Source: Ignicoccus pacificus DSM 13166
GTDB taxonomy: Archaea; Thermoproteota; Thermoprotei_A; Sulfolobales; Ignicoccaceae
Reading direction: 5' to 3'
NCBI GenBank assembly: GCA_025340205.1
Contig: CP006868.1
Span: forward strand, 1,380,001-1,412,000
Length of the DNA: 32,000 bases
A model generated the notes under the pieces. It had not been told where the DNA came from. It saw nothing but the letters and a program-made list of their open reading frames with translations, and did not search any database. Position 1 is the stretch's first letter, and every line of letters begins with the position of its first letter. Positions 15,443 to 24,500 of the stretch are shown here, piece after piece. A program made the position numbers and the translations under genes.

Positions 15443-16150
15443 ATGGCAGAACAGCGTCGTCTAGTGCTTCCCGGCGAGCTCATAGCGCGCGGGGAGTACA
15501 AGCTGAACCAGAGGGATTACATGTACGTTTACGTCGAAGGGGATAAGATATACGCCGCCGTTCCGTGCGTAGTTACCATAAAGGAGAAGGAGATTCACAT
15601 AATTCCCTTGGAATCGGTCTACATACCCAAGCCCGGGGACTTAGTCATAGGATTGGTGGAGACTTTCATGCTGACCCATTGGGAGGTGGACATAAACTCA
15701 CCGTACACTGCCGTTCTCCACGCCAGCAACGTCTTGGGGAGACCCTTCATACCCTCGAAGGACAACTTGAAGGACTACTTGAGCCCCGGAGACTACGTCT
15801 TAGCTAAGATAGAGGTATTCGATAGGACTAGGGACCCGGTCCTAACGGTTAGGGGAGACAAGAAGCTCGGAAGGATCACCGAGGGCAAGATAATAGAAAT
15901 CAAGCCCTCGAGGGTGCCGAAGGTAATAGGAAGGAAGGGTTCGATGCTGAATATAATAAAGGGAGATACTGGTTGCGACATAGAAGTGGGAGCTAACGGG
16001 AGGATTTGGATAAGGTGCCCCAACAAGGACTTAGAAGACATAGTTACGCTAGCGATAAACCTAATAGAGAGGGAAGCGTTCACACCCAAGCTGGCCGAGA
16101 AGGTCAGAGTTCTTATTGCGGATGAGAAGCACGAGAGGGGACTGATATGA
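15443..16150 (+). CDS. rrp4: exosome complex RNA-binding subunit Rrp4 (S1 + KH domains)
   Basis: N-terminal '[10 protein letters not shown]', an S1 region '[11 protein letters not shown]' and a KH region '[12 protein letters not shown]'. It is first in an rrp4-rrp41-rrp42 operon with ATGA/GTGA overlaps. Confidence 0.9.
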   Translation: MAEQRRLVLPGELIARGEYKLNQRDYMYVYVEGDKIYAAVPCVVTIKEKEIHIIPLESVYIPKPGDLVIGLVETFMLTHWEVDINSPYTAVLHASNVLGRPFIPSKDNLKDYLSPGDYVLAKIEVFDRTRDPVLTVRGDKKLGRITEGKIIEIKPSRVPKVIGRKGSMLNIIKGDTGCDIEVGANGRIWIRCPNKDLEDIVTLAINLIEREAFTPKLAEKVRVLIADEKHERGLI

Positions 16151-16875
16151 GCGGAGGAAAGTCGCCCGTTCCATTGTTCAAGGACGGAAAGAGACACGAC
16201 GGAAGGGGTCCGATGGACCTAAGGCCGATAGAGATGAAGGTGGGAGTGCTCAACAACGCCAACGGCTCGGCTTGGGTGAAGTTCGGGAGGACCGAGGTCA
16301 TAGCTGCAGCTTACGGACCTAGAGAGCCTCCCAAGTTCATGAGCCTCCCCGATAGAGCCTTGCTCAGATGCAGATACCACATGGCTCCCTTCAGCACAGA
16401 CGAGAGGAAGAACCCCGCCCCTTCTAGGAGGGAGATAGAGCTTTCCAAGGTGATAAGGGAAGCTTTGGAGACGGTCGTTCTAACTCACTTGTTCCCCAGA
16501 ACCGTGATAGATGTGTTCGTGGAGGTCATTCAAGCTGATGGAGGAACTAGGACCGCCGCCATCACCGCCGCCTCGCTGGCCCTAGCTGACGCCGGAATAC
16601 CCATGAAGGACCTAGTTGCAGGAATAGCTGTGGGAAAGGTAGACGGCCACCTAGTGCTCGACATAGATCAGATCGAGGACAACTACGGAGAGGCTGACAT
16701 GCCTGTGGCCGGAGCAGTTAACTTGGATAAGGTGGTACTACTACAGTTGAACGGATCTCTTACTCCTGAGGAGTTTAACAAGGCCATGTACATGGCCTGG
16801 GAGGGCATTAAGAAGGTCTATGCCCTCCAGAAGAAGGCGCTTGAGGAGAAGCTTAGAAAGGAGGTGAACTTGTGA
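16147..16875 (+). CDS. rrp41: exosome complex exonuclease Rrp41 (RNase PH domain, catalytic)
   Basis: '[43 protein letters not shown]', '[20 protein letters not shown]' and the operon position. Confidence 0.92.
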   Translation: MSGGKSPVPLFKDGKRHDGRGPMDLRPIEMKVGVLNNANGSAWVKFGRTEVIAAAYGPREPPKFMSLPDRALLRCRYHMAPFSTDERKNPAPSRREIELSKVIREALETVVLTHLFPRTVIDVFVEVIQADGGTRTAAITAASLALADAGIPMKDLVAGIAVGKVDGHLVLDIDQIEDNYGEADMPVAGAVNLDKVVLLQLNGSLTPEEFNKAMYMAWEGIKKVYALQKKALEEKLRKEVNL

Positions 16876-17702
16876 TGTCGATCACACCCTTTAACGTTCC
16901 TATAGTTCCCAAGCTGAAGAGGGAGACCATACTTTCCCTAGCAAAGAGGGGAGTGAGGATAGACAAGAGGAGGCTCGACCAGTTTAGGCCAATAAGCATC
17001 CAGCTGGGAGCTGCTGGGAAGGCACACGGAAGCGCTCTGGTAAGCATAGGAAACACCAAGGTGCTGGCCGGAGTCAAGATAGAGCCGGGAAGGCCCTTCC
17101 CAGACACTCCAGAAGAGGGGGTGCTCAACGTAAACGCCGAGCTCGTTCCCTTAGCCTCCCCTGAGTTCGAGCCCGGCCCACCGGATGAGAACGCCATCGA
17201 ATTGGCCAGGGTGGTGGACAGAGCCCTTAGAGAGAGCCACGCCATAGACATGAGCGAGCTGGTACTGATACCGGGAGAGAAGGTCTGGGTGGTCTGGGTA
17301 GACATTTACGTGCTCGATCACGACGGAAACCTCTTCGACGCCTCGATGCTGGCAGCAATGGCTGCCCTCATGGACGCAAAGATACCCAACCACCAAGTGC
17401 TAGAAGACGGAAGCGTTGAGATCTTGGGACCCGGAGTAGAGCCTCTGCCGATAAGGAAGAAGGTTGTGAGCGTAACCTTAGGAATCCTCGGGGACACCTT
17501 CATAGTGGACCCGAGCTTGGAAGAAGAAGCGGTAGCTGACGGAAAGATCTTCTTTGCCTTCGACGACAGCGGCAACATAGTGGGAATTCAGAAGAGCGGA
17601 CCTGCTTGGCTTGACTTCAAGAAGGTCAGCGTGGCAATGGAAATCGCTAGGAACCGCTACCACAACGTCCTAGCGGCCCTGAACAAGGCCTTCCAATCCT
17701 AA
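16872..17702 (+). CDS. rrp42: exosome complex subunit Rrp42 (RNase PH domain, non-catalytic)
   Basis: '[20 protein letters not shown]...[18 protein letters not shown]', '[20 protein letters not shown]' and the operon position. Confidence 0.9.
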   Translation: MMSITPFNVPIVPKLKRETILSLAKRGVRIDKRRLDQFRPISIQLGAAGKAHGSALVSIGNTKVLAGVKIEPGRPFPDTPEEGVLNVNAELVPLASPEFEPGPPDENAIELARVVDRALRESHAIDMSELVLIPGEKVWVVWVDIYVLDHDGNLFDASMLAAMAALMDAKIPNHQVLEDGSVEILGPGVEPLPIRKKVVSVTLGILGDTFIVDPSLEEEAVADGKIFFAFDDSGNIVGIQKSGPAWLDFKKVSVAMEIARNRYHNVLAALNKAFQS

Positions 17703-18378
17703 GCTTTTTGCAATCCTCCCAAGCGTCGAAGAAACACTCGACCCCAACCAAGAGCTCTTCGATCGCGTCCTCGCATATCTTGCCTTGAACCATGAATACT
17801 CCCAGCCCCAAGATGAAAGTTATGAGAGGACTTACGGTGTAGTGAAGGATGTCTATGCTTACCTCAAATACCTTATACAAGTAAAACATCACAAGTATCC
17901 TTATCCAAGATATGGGTAGACCTAAGATCAAGCCGGCTAAAGAGGCTCCGATCCTTCTCCTCCAACTGCACTTACACACTAGGGGGAAGAGCAAGAACAT
18001 GAGTGACCTCAAAGAAGAACAAGCTAAGGTATAGCTTGCCAAGAGCTCGTTTCCTTGAACTATTAATATCTCCTTCCCCAAGTACATTACCTTAAAGCCT
18101 AATGGAGAAAGCGCTTTCGCGAGAACCTCATAATCGAGGCTCAAGGTCGAGAACGGGGTAAGCTCTAGGAATATCGGTAGGAAGTACCCGAGCAGTATCA
18201 AGAAGTAGACGAGCGTTGGAGTGAAGCACTTGCTGTTCCTATAAGAGTAGACCAAGTAAAGCGCAGGAAGCAAGGTCAAGAGAGCTAGGAGAGGAGGGAC
18301 GCCTACCGGAGCTATAGCTTCGTAAAGGGACCACGAGCCAAAAAGGATTAGCATTAATAGAGCGACGCACTTCTTCAT
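17647..18378 (-). CDS. exosortase/archaeosortase-family membrane protein (class not assignable by eye)
   Basis: 243 aa and polytopic. 'YTLACSSLRSLMFLL' looks like an active-site Cys context. 'ISWIRILVMF' places an Arg 40 residues after that Cys, and 'DILHYTVSPL' supplies a His. Order and spacing fit the Cys/Arg/His pattern of the exosortase family. The gene starts 10 nt downstream of a putative substrate gene. Confidence 0.55.
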   Translation of the reverse strand: MKKCVALLMLILFGSWSLYEAIAPVGVPPLLALLTLLPALYLVYSYRNSKCFTPTLVYFLILLGYFLPIFLELTPFSTLSLDYEVLAKALSPLGFKVMYLGKEILIVQGNELLASYTLACSSLRSLMFLLFPLVCKCSWRRRIGASLAGLILGLPISWIRILVMFYLYKVFEVSIDILHYTVSPLITFILGLGVFMVQGKICEDAIEELLVGVECFFDAWEDCKKLRIGRPCSGPLGRCGSGS

Positions 18379-18388
18379 CTCTCTTCAG

Positions 18389-19306
18389 CTACTGTTGGAT
18401 TGCCTTACTCTTTTTCCTCTTCCTCAGCGCTGCCAGAGCTCCCGGAAGGGCCAGCACCAGAGGAACTGGTATCGTAGTGGAACTGTTGCTAGTCATAGTA
18501 TTCGTCATTATCATTGTAGTTGTCATCAGCATAGTCTTTGGAACCGGTAAGTAGACGTTGTCGTAGTAAGCTCCTCCCCTTCCTCCGAACTCGAAGTACT
18601 CCAAGGCGGTCGTGTTGTCGAAGGGTAGGGAGACGTTGGCGATGACCCCGCTGGTCACGTTTGTCAAATACACGTTAACACTTCCCACCTTGTAGTTCAC
18701 ATCGACCCTAAGCTCCATCCAGTTGAGGGAAGCGTTGCTCGTCAAGTTCCACTGGAATGGAAGTTGCTTGGTCACCGTAGTTCCATTAGACAGATAGGTA
18801 GTTACGGTCACGTTTCCGCTTACCGTTGTGTTGGTAGCATTGGCATAGAACGTAACGTTGATTAGTACCTTACCGTTAGATCCAACTAAGTAGACGCTGG
18901 TCCACTGGGTGGTATTAGGAGGTGCTAAGTCCTTATCAGGAGCTAGGTCTATCACGAACTCGTAGGTACCCATACTCAAGTTCCCTAGATAGTACTTCAG
19001 GGTGTAGTTACCGGCTAACAGAGAGTTAGGCTTGCTTATAGCGGTAGCGTTGCTCACGTTTAGGACTAGCGTTGCATTGGTAACGTTAATCGGAGTCGCT
19101 ATCAGCCCCGTCTCCGCTTGAAGGGTCGTAGGCGATATCGCTCCGACGGTCAAGTTATCGAAGGTTATGTTGACGTAGCTCAGCTTAGTCATGGTATAGG
19201 TTGTAGTGGTCGTTGTGGTCATCGTATAGGTAGTGTTCATCGCTAAGAGAATTGGTAATGCCATCAAGGCTAGTAACGCTATCCTCACCGATGTCACCGG
19301 AGTCAC
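18389..19306 (-). CDS. surface glycoprotein candidate with C-terminal sorting-signal-like tail
   Basis: A signal peptide is present. I counted 21 N-x-S/T sequons in 305 aa. Thr/Met-rich low-complexity stretches lie at both ends (NTTYTMTTTTTTTYTMT and TMLMTTTMIMTNTMTSNSSTT). The tail is 'IPVPLVLALPGALAALRKRKKSKAIQQ', i.e. Pro motif, hydrophobic helix, basic cluster. Confidence 0.65.
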   Translation of the reverse strand: MTPVTSVRIALLALMALPILLAMNTTYTMTTTTTTTYTMTKLSYVNITFDNLTVGAISPTTLQAETGLIATPINVTNATLVLNVSNATAISKPNSLLAGNYTLKYYLGNLSMGTYEFVIDLAPDKDLAPPNTTQWTSVYLVGSNGKVLINVTFYANATNTTVSGNVTVTTYLSNGTTVTKQLPFQWNLTSNASLNWMELRVDVNYKVGSVNVYLTNVTSGVIANVSLPFDNTTALEYFEFGGRGGAYYDNVYLPVPKTMLMTTTMIMTNTMTSNSSTTIPVPLVLALPGALAALRKRKKSKAIQQ

Positions 19307-19367
19307 CGCGCACGATTACTACAAAAGAGAGGAATTAGCGTTCGGAAACGTAGACGCCGCGACCCCT

Positions 19368-19377
19368 CATTATATAC
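19368..19377 (+). promoter_or_regulatory. TATA box (CATTATATAC)
   Basis: Lies about 35 nt upstream of the TTG at 19409. Confidence 0.4.
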
Positions 19378-19408
19378 TCCGAATTTCCTAGCCTTCCATA
19401 GGGAGACC

Positions 19409-19732
19409 TTGGACGAGGAGAGGATGAGGAAGGAAGCTGAGTACGTGGCGAGGATGCTGGAGAGAAAGGGTTACGAGACCTCGGTCAGGAAGTCGGTAGT
19501 CAAGAACTTGATCGGGGAAGAGGTGGTCAGCTTCAACGTTCTTGCGAGCAAGGGAGAGCACGTGGTTAGGTGGAAGGTAAGTGAGAACCGCTATGAGGTC
19601 AGCATAAGGATCTACGGCGAGGTGGAGGGAGAGCTCGAGGAGGAGGGCTATCATGTGGAGAAGGACGGGGAGTACACGAGGCTCTTCAAGAGGTCTAACA
19701 AGATGTTCGGCTTCTTGGACAAGGTGCCGTAG
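19409..19732 (+). CDS. hypothetical small cytoplasmic protein
   Basis: 107-aa ORF with a TTG start (alternative ATG at 19424). It is charged, has no TM segment, and sits upstream of the transglutaminase-like gene. Confidence 0.45.
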   Translation: MDEERMRKEAEYVARMLERKGYETSVRKSVVKNLIGEEVVSFNVLASKGEHVVRWKVSENRYEVSIRIYGEVEGELEEEGYHVEKDGEYTRLFKRSNKMFGFLDKVP

Positions 19733-19774
19733 CTAGCGCTTTTTGATCTTTCCTCCCACCACCTTGGGAGTCAG

Positions 19775-21064
19775 ATGAACGCGCTCAGATTGATCGCGGC
19801 GATAGTCGCGTTTGTCATAGCTTACTGGAGCCTCCACTCCATAAGGCCGCTGACGCCGGGAGCAGTTACCGCTGGGAACAAGCTGGAGATACCTTACTCT
19901 TGGGACATAAGCTCACACAACACGCCGCTAGCCGTGGTCACCCCTCCCAAGCCGGCCTACCTAAGGGTCAGCTCCTTCAACGTGTATCAAGACGGAAGGT
20001 GGGTAAGGGAAGGAGGGAGCTTCGGTCCCGGCGTCCTGAAAGGTAACACCTACACCATTTCAATAACTCCCTTCGCTGTCCTTCTCTACCCCGCCTTCCC
20101 CGTTCCCCAACCCTATCCCGGAACCCTCCCGAAGGTCATGGGAGGTACTGAGAACGGAGACACCTTCACCTTCAACGGCTTCAAGACCCAAGTGGTAGCG
20201 AAGTATACTGATCCCTTCCCCAAGGAACTCTTCCCTCAGCTTTTCGTTCCCTTGAGCCAAGTAGCTATCTTCAAGCCCAAGCACTGGTCTACGAAAAGGG
20301 TCCAAGAGCTGGCCCAAAAACTCTACAACGACTTCAAGGGGAGAACCCTCTACGCGTTGCTGGATTACATGACCAACTGGCTCAGACACAACTACAAGTA
20401 CACCTTAACTTACACGGGGACTCCCGGGAAGGATCCCGTCGATTGGTTCCTGTTCGTATCCAAGACCGGAATGTGCATGCACTTCGCCTCCGCAGCAGCC
20501 GTCCTCCTCAACGATATGGGAATAAAGGCGAGGGTTGTCTACGGATTTGCGGTAAGCTATCAGAGGGGGGACTTCAGGGTGTTCGTGACCCCCACCCACC
20601 TCTGGGTGGAGGTCTGGGTCCCCAACGTAGGCTGGATACCTTGGGATCCCTCTCCTCCTGCAGCCCTTAGGATCAACGCCCCTCAAGCCGTTGGAGGAGG
20701 GGGCGGAATAGCCCCTCCCGTCACCCCACAGAAGGCGCCGACCGCCCCGGGAAGAGGAGGGGGCGGAGGAAGGATCTCCGTAAACTTGAGGGACTTGGTT
20801 CCCTACCTAACAGCCTTCATTGTAATATTGATACTATTCTTCGATACCATTAAGAAGTGGCTGCTCTCGTGGCCCGTTGCCTTTAGAGAGTGTGCTGAGA
20901 GAAAGATAGGGAAGAAGGGGCTAACGCTCAGGGAGCTCGCCGAGATCACCGGAATAAAGGAGCTCGAGGAAGTTCAAGTTGAATACCTCAAGAGAGGTAA
21001 GTGGCTCAGAAAGGGATTCTGGAAGGCGTTAAAGTGGTGCCTAAGCAAGGCTCTGGGAAGGTAG
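19775..21064 (+). CDS. transglutaminase-like (Cys-His-Asp core) membrane protein with DUF4129-like cytoplasmic tail
   Basis: N-terminal TM segment. Core motifs are 'KTGMCMHFASAAAVLLNDMGIKARVVYGF', 'THLWVEVWVP' and 'GWIPWDPSP'. A Gly/Pro-rich linker and a second TM follow. The tail contains 'KKGLTLRELAEITG'. Confidence 0.85.
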   Translation: MNALRLIAAIVAFVIAYWSLHSIRPLTPGAVTAGNKLEIPYSWDISSHNTPLAVVTPPKPAYLRVSSFNVYQDGRWVREGGSFGPGVLKGNTYTISITPFAVLLYPAFPVPQPYPGTLPKVMGGTENGDTFTFNGFKTQVVAKYTDPFPKELFPQLFVPLSQVAIFKPKHWSTKRVQELAQKLYNDFKGRTLYALLDYMTNWLRHNYKYTLTYTGTPGKDPVDWFLFVSKTGMCMHFASAAAVLLNDMGIKARVVYGFAVSYQRGDFRVFVTPTHLWVEVWVPNVGWIPWDPSPPAALRINAPQAVGGGGGIAPPVTPQKAPTAPGRGGGGGRISVNLRDLVPYLTAFIVILILFFDTIKKWLLSWPVAFRECAERKIGKKGLTLRELAEITGIKELEEVQVEYLKRGKWLRKGFWKALKWCLSKALGR

Positions 21065-21394
21065 ATGCACCCCCTCCAAGCGGCTATAACGTTCTTGCTG
21101 TTTCTGGCTACGGTAATAGTCCTGCTAACTGCCTTCCAAGCTTCTACGGAGGTGATCCCCGACTTAGACGTCCTAGCTGAACCGGTTTACTATGAAGGAA
21201 AGAAGAGGAGGCTCGTGGAAGCCATGGTTGAGGAGGTGGAGAAGATGGAGAAGAAGGGAATAAGGGGACTGGTGGCCAGGTTCTTGCTGAAGAACGCTAG
21301 AGAGTACTTGAAGTTCAACATATGGGGAGCGGCAGCTCTAGAGTCCTCGAGAGCTTATAGGATCCTCAAGTCCTCGCGAACCACTTCTGAATGA
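21065..21394 (+). CDS. small membrane protein, function unknown
   Basis: 109 aa. Its ATG immediately follows the stop of the previous gene (TAGATG). One N-terminal TM helix (AAITFLLFLATVIVLLTAF). Confidence 0.5.
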   Translation: MHPLQAAITFLLFLATVIVLLTAFQASTEVIPDLDVLAEPVYYEGKKRRLVEAMVEEVEKMEKKGIRGLVARFLLKNAREYLKFNIWGAAALESSRAYRILKSSRTTSE

Positions 21395-22139
21395 GTCCGC
21401 TCCTCACCAACCTCTTGTAACCGTAGCCCATCTTTATCATTCCCAGCACTTCCTCCCTCTTCTCAGGAGGCACGTAGGATCCTCCCACGTGGGTAGCCCC
21501 TATCAGCCTGGCGAAGTAGGGGTGGACGGTGGCAGTTGGTCCTACCAAGGCCTTCACAGGGGCCTTCACCTTATCGAACACGAAGGCTATCCTCGGATCC
21601 AGCAAGGAGGAGCCGGTAGCTATTATGGCATCCGCCTCCTCCTCAAGGAGGGCATAGCTTCCGGGATAGGCCTTCACTCCCAAGTCCTTGGCACTACACC
21701 TAAGCATGTAGTTGTCCTCGTAAAGCACCACCTCTGCTCCAGCCTCCTTCACCTCCTCGACCACTCCGGCCATGTAACCTATCATCAGCACCTTCATACC
21801 CTTGTCTATTCCCAGCGCCTCCACCAGATCGGGGGCGGGCATCTCCACCTCTCCTCCATCGTCTATCCACTTCTGGGTGATTGCGGAGAGCGCCGCTAGG
21901 GCTAAGGAGGTCTCCGGAGCTCCGGTCCACGCCCTCTTGAAGAGTTCCCTTATGAAGGTCTCCTTGGTGGGGAGGAAGTCCGGGTACTCCATCTCGGGGG
22001 CGAAGGCGAAGCCTACCGCTCCCAAAGTCTTAACGTAGGATAGCTTCTTGGCTATTCCAAAGTCTTCGAGTTTAGCGGACGAGTACTTGCTTAAAGGTGA
22101 TCTTAAAGTCGCTATTAAAGCGTTCGCGAGCAGATTCAA
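21366..22139 (-). CDS. DUF4213/DUF364-like Rossmann-fold protein (putative metal-chelation domain family)
   Basis: 257 aa. 'VKTLGAVGFAFAP', then 'MKVLMIGYMAGVVEEVKEAGAEVVLYE' and 'ADAIIATGSSLL' fit my memory of the DUF364 layout. Not verified. Confidence 0.45.
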   Translation of the reverse strand: MNLLANALIATLRSPLSKYSSAKLEDFGIAKKLSYVKTLGAVGFAFAPEMEYPDFLPTKETFIRELFKRAWTGAPETSLALAALSAITQKWIDDGGEVEMPAPDLVEALGIDKGMKVLMIGYMAGVVEEVKEAGAEVVLYEDNYMLRCSAKDLGVKAYPGSYALLEEEADAIIATGSSLLDPRIAFVFDKVKAPVKALVGPTATVHPYFARLIGATHVGGSYVPPEKREEVLGMIKMGYGYKRLVRSGLIQKWFART

Positions 22140-22264
22140 GATCTCTACCCCTCTCTACCTCCGCTCCCAGCACCATTAACGCTTCCCTCATCTCTACAAT
22201 AGATTATCCTAGACTTAATGAGCCTATTTAACTAAATCCTTCGGGTAAGGGGTGGGGTTAGCTC

Positions 22265-22573
22265 TTGGAGGAAGGGAAGGTTTATGTCATCACTGACGAC
22301 ATCACTTGCCCTCTGTTCAGGCTGATAGGAGCGAGCGTGGTGAGGACCAAGGACCCTGAGGAGACCATGAAGGCTCTGAAGGAGCTCATCAAGAGGCCAG
22401 ACGTGGCAATGGTTATGGTTTCCTACGACGTCGCCGTTGGAAAGGAGGAGGAGATAAGGAACTTGGCCGCTGAGATATCCAAGCCTGTAATAACCTTGAT
22501 CCCCGGAAGAGTCCACAAGCCTCCCAAGCTGGATCCGAACAAGGTCCTCTTGAGAGCTCTAGGCTTCGGATGA
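22265..22573 (+). CDS. atpF: A-type (V-type) ATP synthase subunit F
   Basis: 102 aa. 'VYVITDDITCPLFRLIGASVV', 'DVAMVMVSYDVA' and 'PVITLIPGR' match the ATP-synt_F pattern. The subunit E gene follows. TTG start. Confidence 0.72.
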   Translation: MEEGKVYVITDDITCPLFRLIGASVVRTKDPEETMKALKELIKRPDVAMVMVSYDVAVGKEEEIRNLAAEISKPVITLIPGRVHKPPKLDPNKVLLRALGFG

Positions 22574-22619
22574 GGAGTTTAACCCCTTTCAGAGCTAGTG
22601 ATTTGGAAGGTGATAGGGC

Positions 22620-23249
22620 ATGCCCGGCAAGATCGAGATCATTGGAGATTACAAGAACTTGCTCAATTACATGAAGGAGGACGCTTACGCCAAGATAGAC
22701 AAGACCGTTGATCAGGCCTTGAAGGAGGCCGAGGAGCTCTTAGCTAAGAAGTTGGAGGAGGTCTACGCTCCCCTTGAGGTGGAGGTCGAGAGGATACTGG
22801 ATGAGGCTCAGCAGAGGATCAACGCCGAAAAGGCTGCTCTAGAGATGGAGAGGAAGAAGAAGGTTGAAGAGCTCAAGAAGATTTACGTGAACAAGGTAAT
22901 TGAAGAGGCTTGGAGGAGGCTCTTGGAGGAGGCCCAGAAGGGCAGCGAGAAGTACAAGAACTTGCTCAAGAACGCTCTAATCAGAATGTCCAAGGAAGCT
23001 GAGGGCGACGAGGTGGAGGTATATGCCCTCAAGAAGGATCTGGAGTACGTGAAGAAGGTAATTGAGGAGAACAAGCTGAGCAACCTGACCGTCGGAGGAA
23101 GTGCTGAGGAGAAGGGAATAGAGATCAAGGGAGGAGTGGTAGGCAAGTCCAAGAAGGCTGCTGTATGGTACAACTACAGCCTCGAGAGGCTCTTCGAGGA
23201 AGTAGTACAAGAGGTCTATTCTGAGGTCCTGGAAGCCCTCACTTCCTAA
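22620..23249 (+). CDS. atpE: A-type (V-type) ATP synthase subunit E
   Basis: 209 aa. The N-terminal half is a long coiled coil ('INAEKAALEMERKKKVEELKKIYVNKVIEEAWRRLL'). The globular C-terminal half contains 'VEVYALKKDLEYVKKVI' and 'YNYSLERLFEEV', like crenarchaeal AtpE. Confidence 0.72.
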   Translation: MPGKIEIIGDYKNLLNYMKEDAYAKIDKTVDQALKEAEELLAKKLEEVYAPLEVEVERILDEAQQRINAEKAALEMERKKKVEELKKIYVNKVIEEAWRRLLEEAQKGSEKYKNLLKNALIRMSKEAEGDEVEVYALKKDLEYVKKVIEENKLSNLTVGGSAEEKGIEIKGGVVGKSKKAAVWYNYSLERLFEEVVQEVYSEVLEALTS

Positions 23250-23797
23250 CTTTTTAGCTTGCTGAGCTCAAAGAACACCACTATGTCTCCCGGCTTCATC
23301 GTCTTCTCGGGAGGCTCCCACCTGCCTCTCACCAGGATCGCTATGGGTATCCCCTTAGGACCTGCCAGCTGGTAGGGGTCACACCCTTCCGGATCTGTAC
23401 ACTCCTTCGACCCTATGTTTATGGTACCCTTCAAGGCATTGTAGAGCAAGGTGCCAGCGTAAGGATGTGCGACCAAGGCCGCTACCACCTGAGCCAGAGC
23501 ATCTGCCGGGAGGACCACGTCCGCTCCCAGCCTAGAGAGGAGCAGGCCCACTTGCTCATCGTGGACCAAGGCGACGATCTTGGGCACCGTACACTCGGCC
23601 TCAAAGGCCTTTTCCACCACGTCTAAGACGGTATAAATAACCCTCTCGTCCTCTCCGCAAGCGACTACAGTATGGTAAATACAAACGTCCTCCTTTTCGT
23701 CCACCTTAGACGTCCTCTTGAGATCCGCTCCTCCCTCCTCGAGGACCTCAGCTACCGCGTCGCATTGGACGCCTTCACCCACCATCAGCACTCTCAA
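23246..23797 (-). CDS. TrkA-N/TrkA-C-like regulatory domain protein (degenerate nucleotide-binding loop)
   Basis: 'MRVLMVGEGVQCDAVAEVL', 'GADVVLPADALAQVVAALV' and the C-terminal 'IAILVRGRWEPPEKTMKPGDIVVFF' resemble RCK/TrkA domains. Confidence 0.4.
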   Translation of the reverse strand: MRVLMVGEGVQCDAVAEVLEEGGADLKRTSKVDEKEDVCIYHTVVACGEDERVIYTVLDVVEKAFEAECTVPKIVALVHDEQVGLLLSRLGADVVLPADALAQVVAALVAHPYAGTLLYNALKGTINIGSKECTDPEGCDPYQLAGPKGIPIAILVRGRWEPPEKTMKPGDIVVFFELSKLKS

Positions 23798-24500
23798 AGA
23801 ATTCCACCACCTTTCTTACAGCATTTATCATTGTCTCAATTATCTTCTCACCTTCCTCCTTCCTCGCCTCTGAGACGGACTTGGGAGAGCAACCGTACTC
23901 GGTGCTTATCCAAGGTATGGTCGCGCCTTCTAACGCCGGGGGACTCTTCACCGCTTTAGTCTTCCTCACGACGACGCTGTAGCCCAACGCTAGAGCGACG
24001 GAAGCCTCAGCTCTACAGAGGTCCTGAAAGTCCTTGTAGCCCGCCTCCTCGACGGCCTTCCAGAGGTCTATTACCGCAGCCTTCACGCCTTTCCTAAATA
24101 TCTCCATTACTACTGCTTGGAGAGGTGGGACCGCTCCCTTGTGAGCCACCACGAAGAGCACCGGCTTGCCGCTCAGCTGGTAGAGCTGTTCGGCTAAGCT
24201 GGACATGTGCCTTACCAGTATTTCAAGGGGCATAGTTATTGATTTAGCGTGTTCGGGACTGAAGCTGTAGTTTATGGAGGGAGCTACGTAGACTCCGGGA
24301 ATGGAACAAGCTACCCTCTCCGCGATCTTCGTGTCGAGGCCCATGGGGAGGGGGCCGTGATCCTCTAGGGATCCTACGGGAACCAGTATCGCCTTAGCGT
24401 TCTTGGCCTCCTTTGCGGCTGCGTCTGCTAGAAGCTTACACAAGCTAGACCCCATGGTCGCTTTGAAGGTGTCTTTAAATAATGAAGCGAGGGCTCTCAC
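23775..24500 (-). CDS. creatininase-family amidohydrolase (ArfB/creatinine amidohydrolase family)
   Basis: 'AILVPVGSLEDHGPLPMGLDTKIAERVA' matches the family motif PvGs.EqHGpHLP.g.D. The start may be the internal ATG (MGSSL..., about 24455). Confidence 0.7.
   Translation of the reverse strand: MRALASLFKDTFKATMGSSLCKLLADAAAKEAKNAKAILVPVGSLEDHGPLPMGLDTKIAERVACSIPGVYVAPSINYSFSPEHAKSITMPLEILVRHMSSLAEQLYQLSGKPVLFVVAHKGAVPPLQAVVMEIFRKGVKAAVIDLWKAVEEAGYKDFQDLCRAEASVALALGYSVVVRKTKAVKSPPALEGATIPWISTEYGCSPKSVSEARKEEGEKIIETMINAVRKVVEFFESADGG

Noticed and set aside
18389-19306. Thr/Asn-rich surface protein gene as a tandem-repeat or contingency locus
   Set aside because: At the DNA level the Thr codons are mixed (ACC/ACA/ACG/ACT), with no exact tandem unit that I could find. 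It is low-complexity protein rather than a nucleotide repeat.
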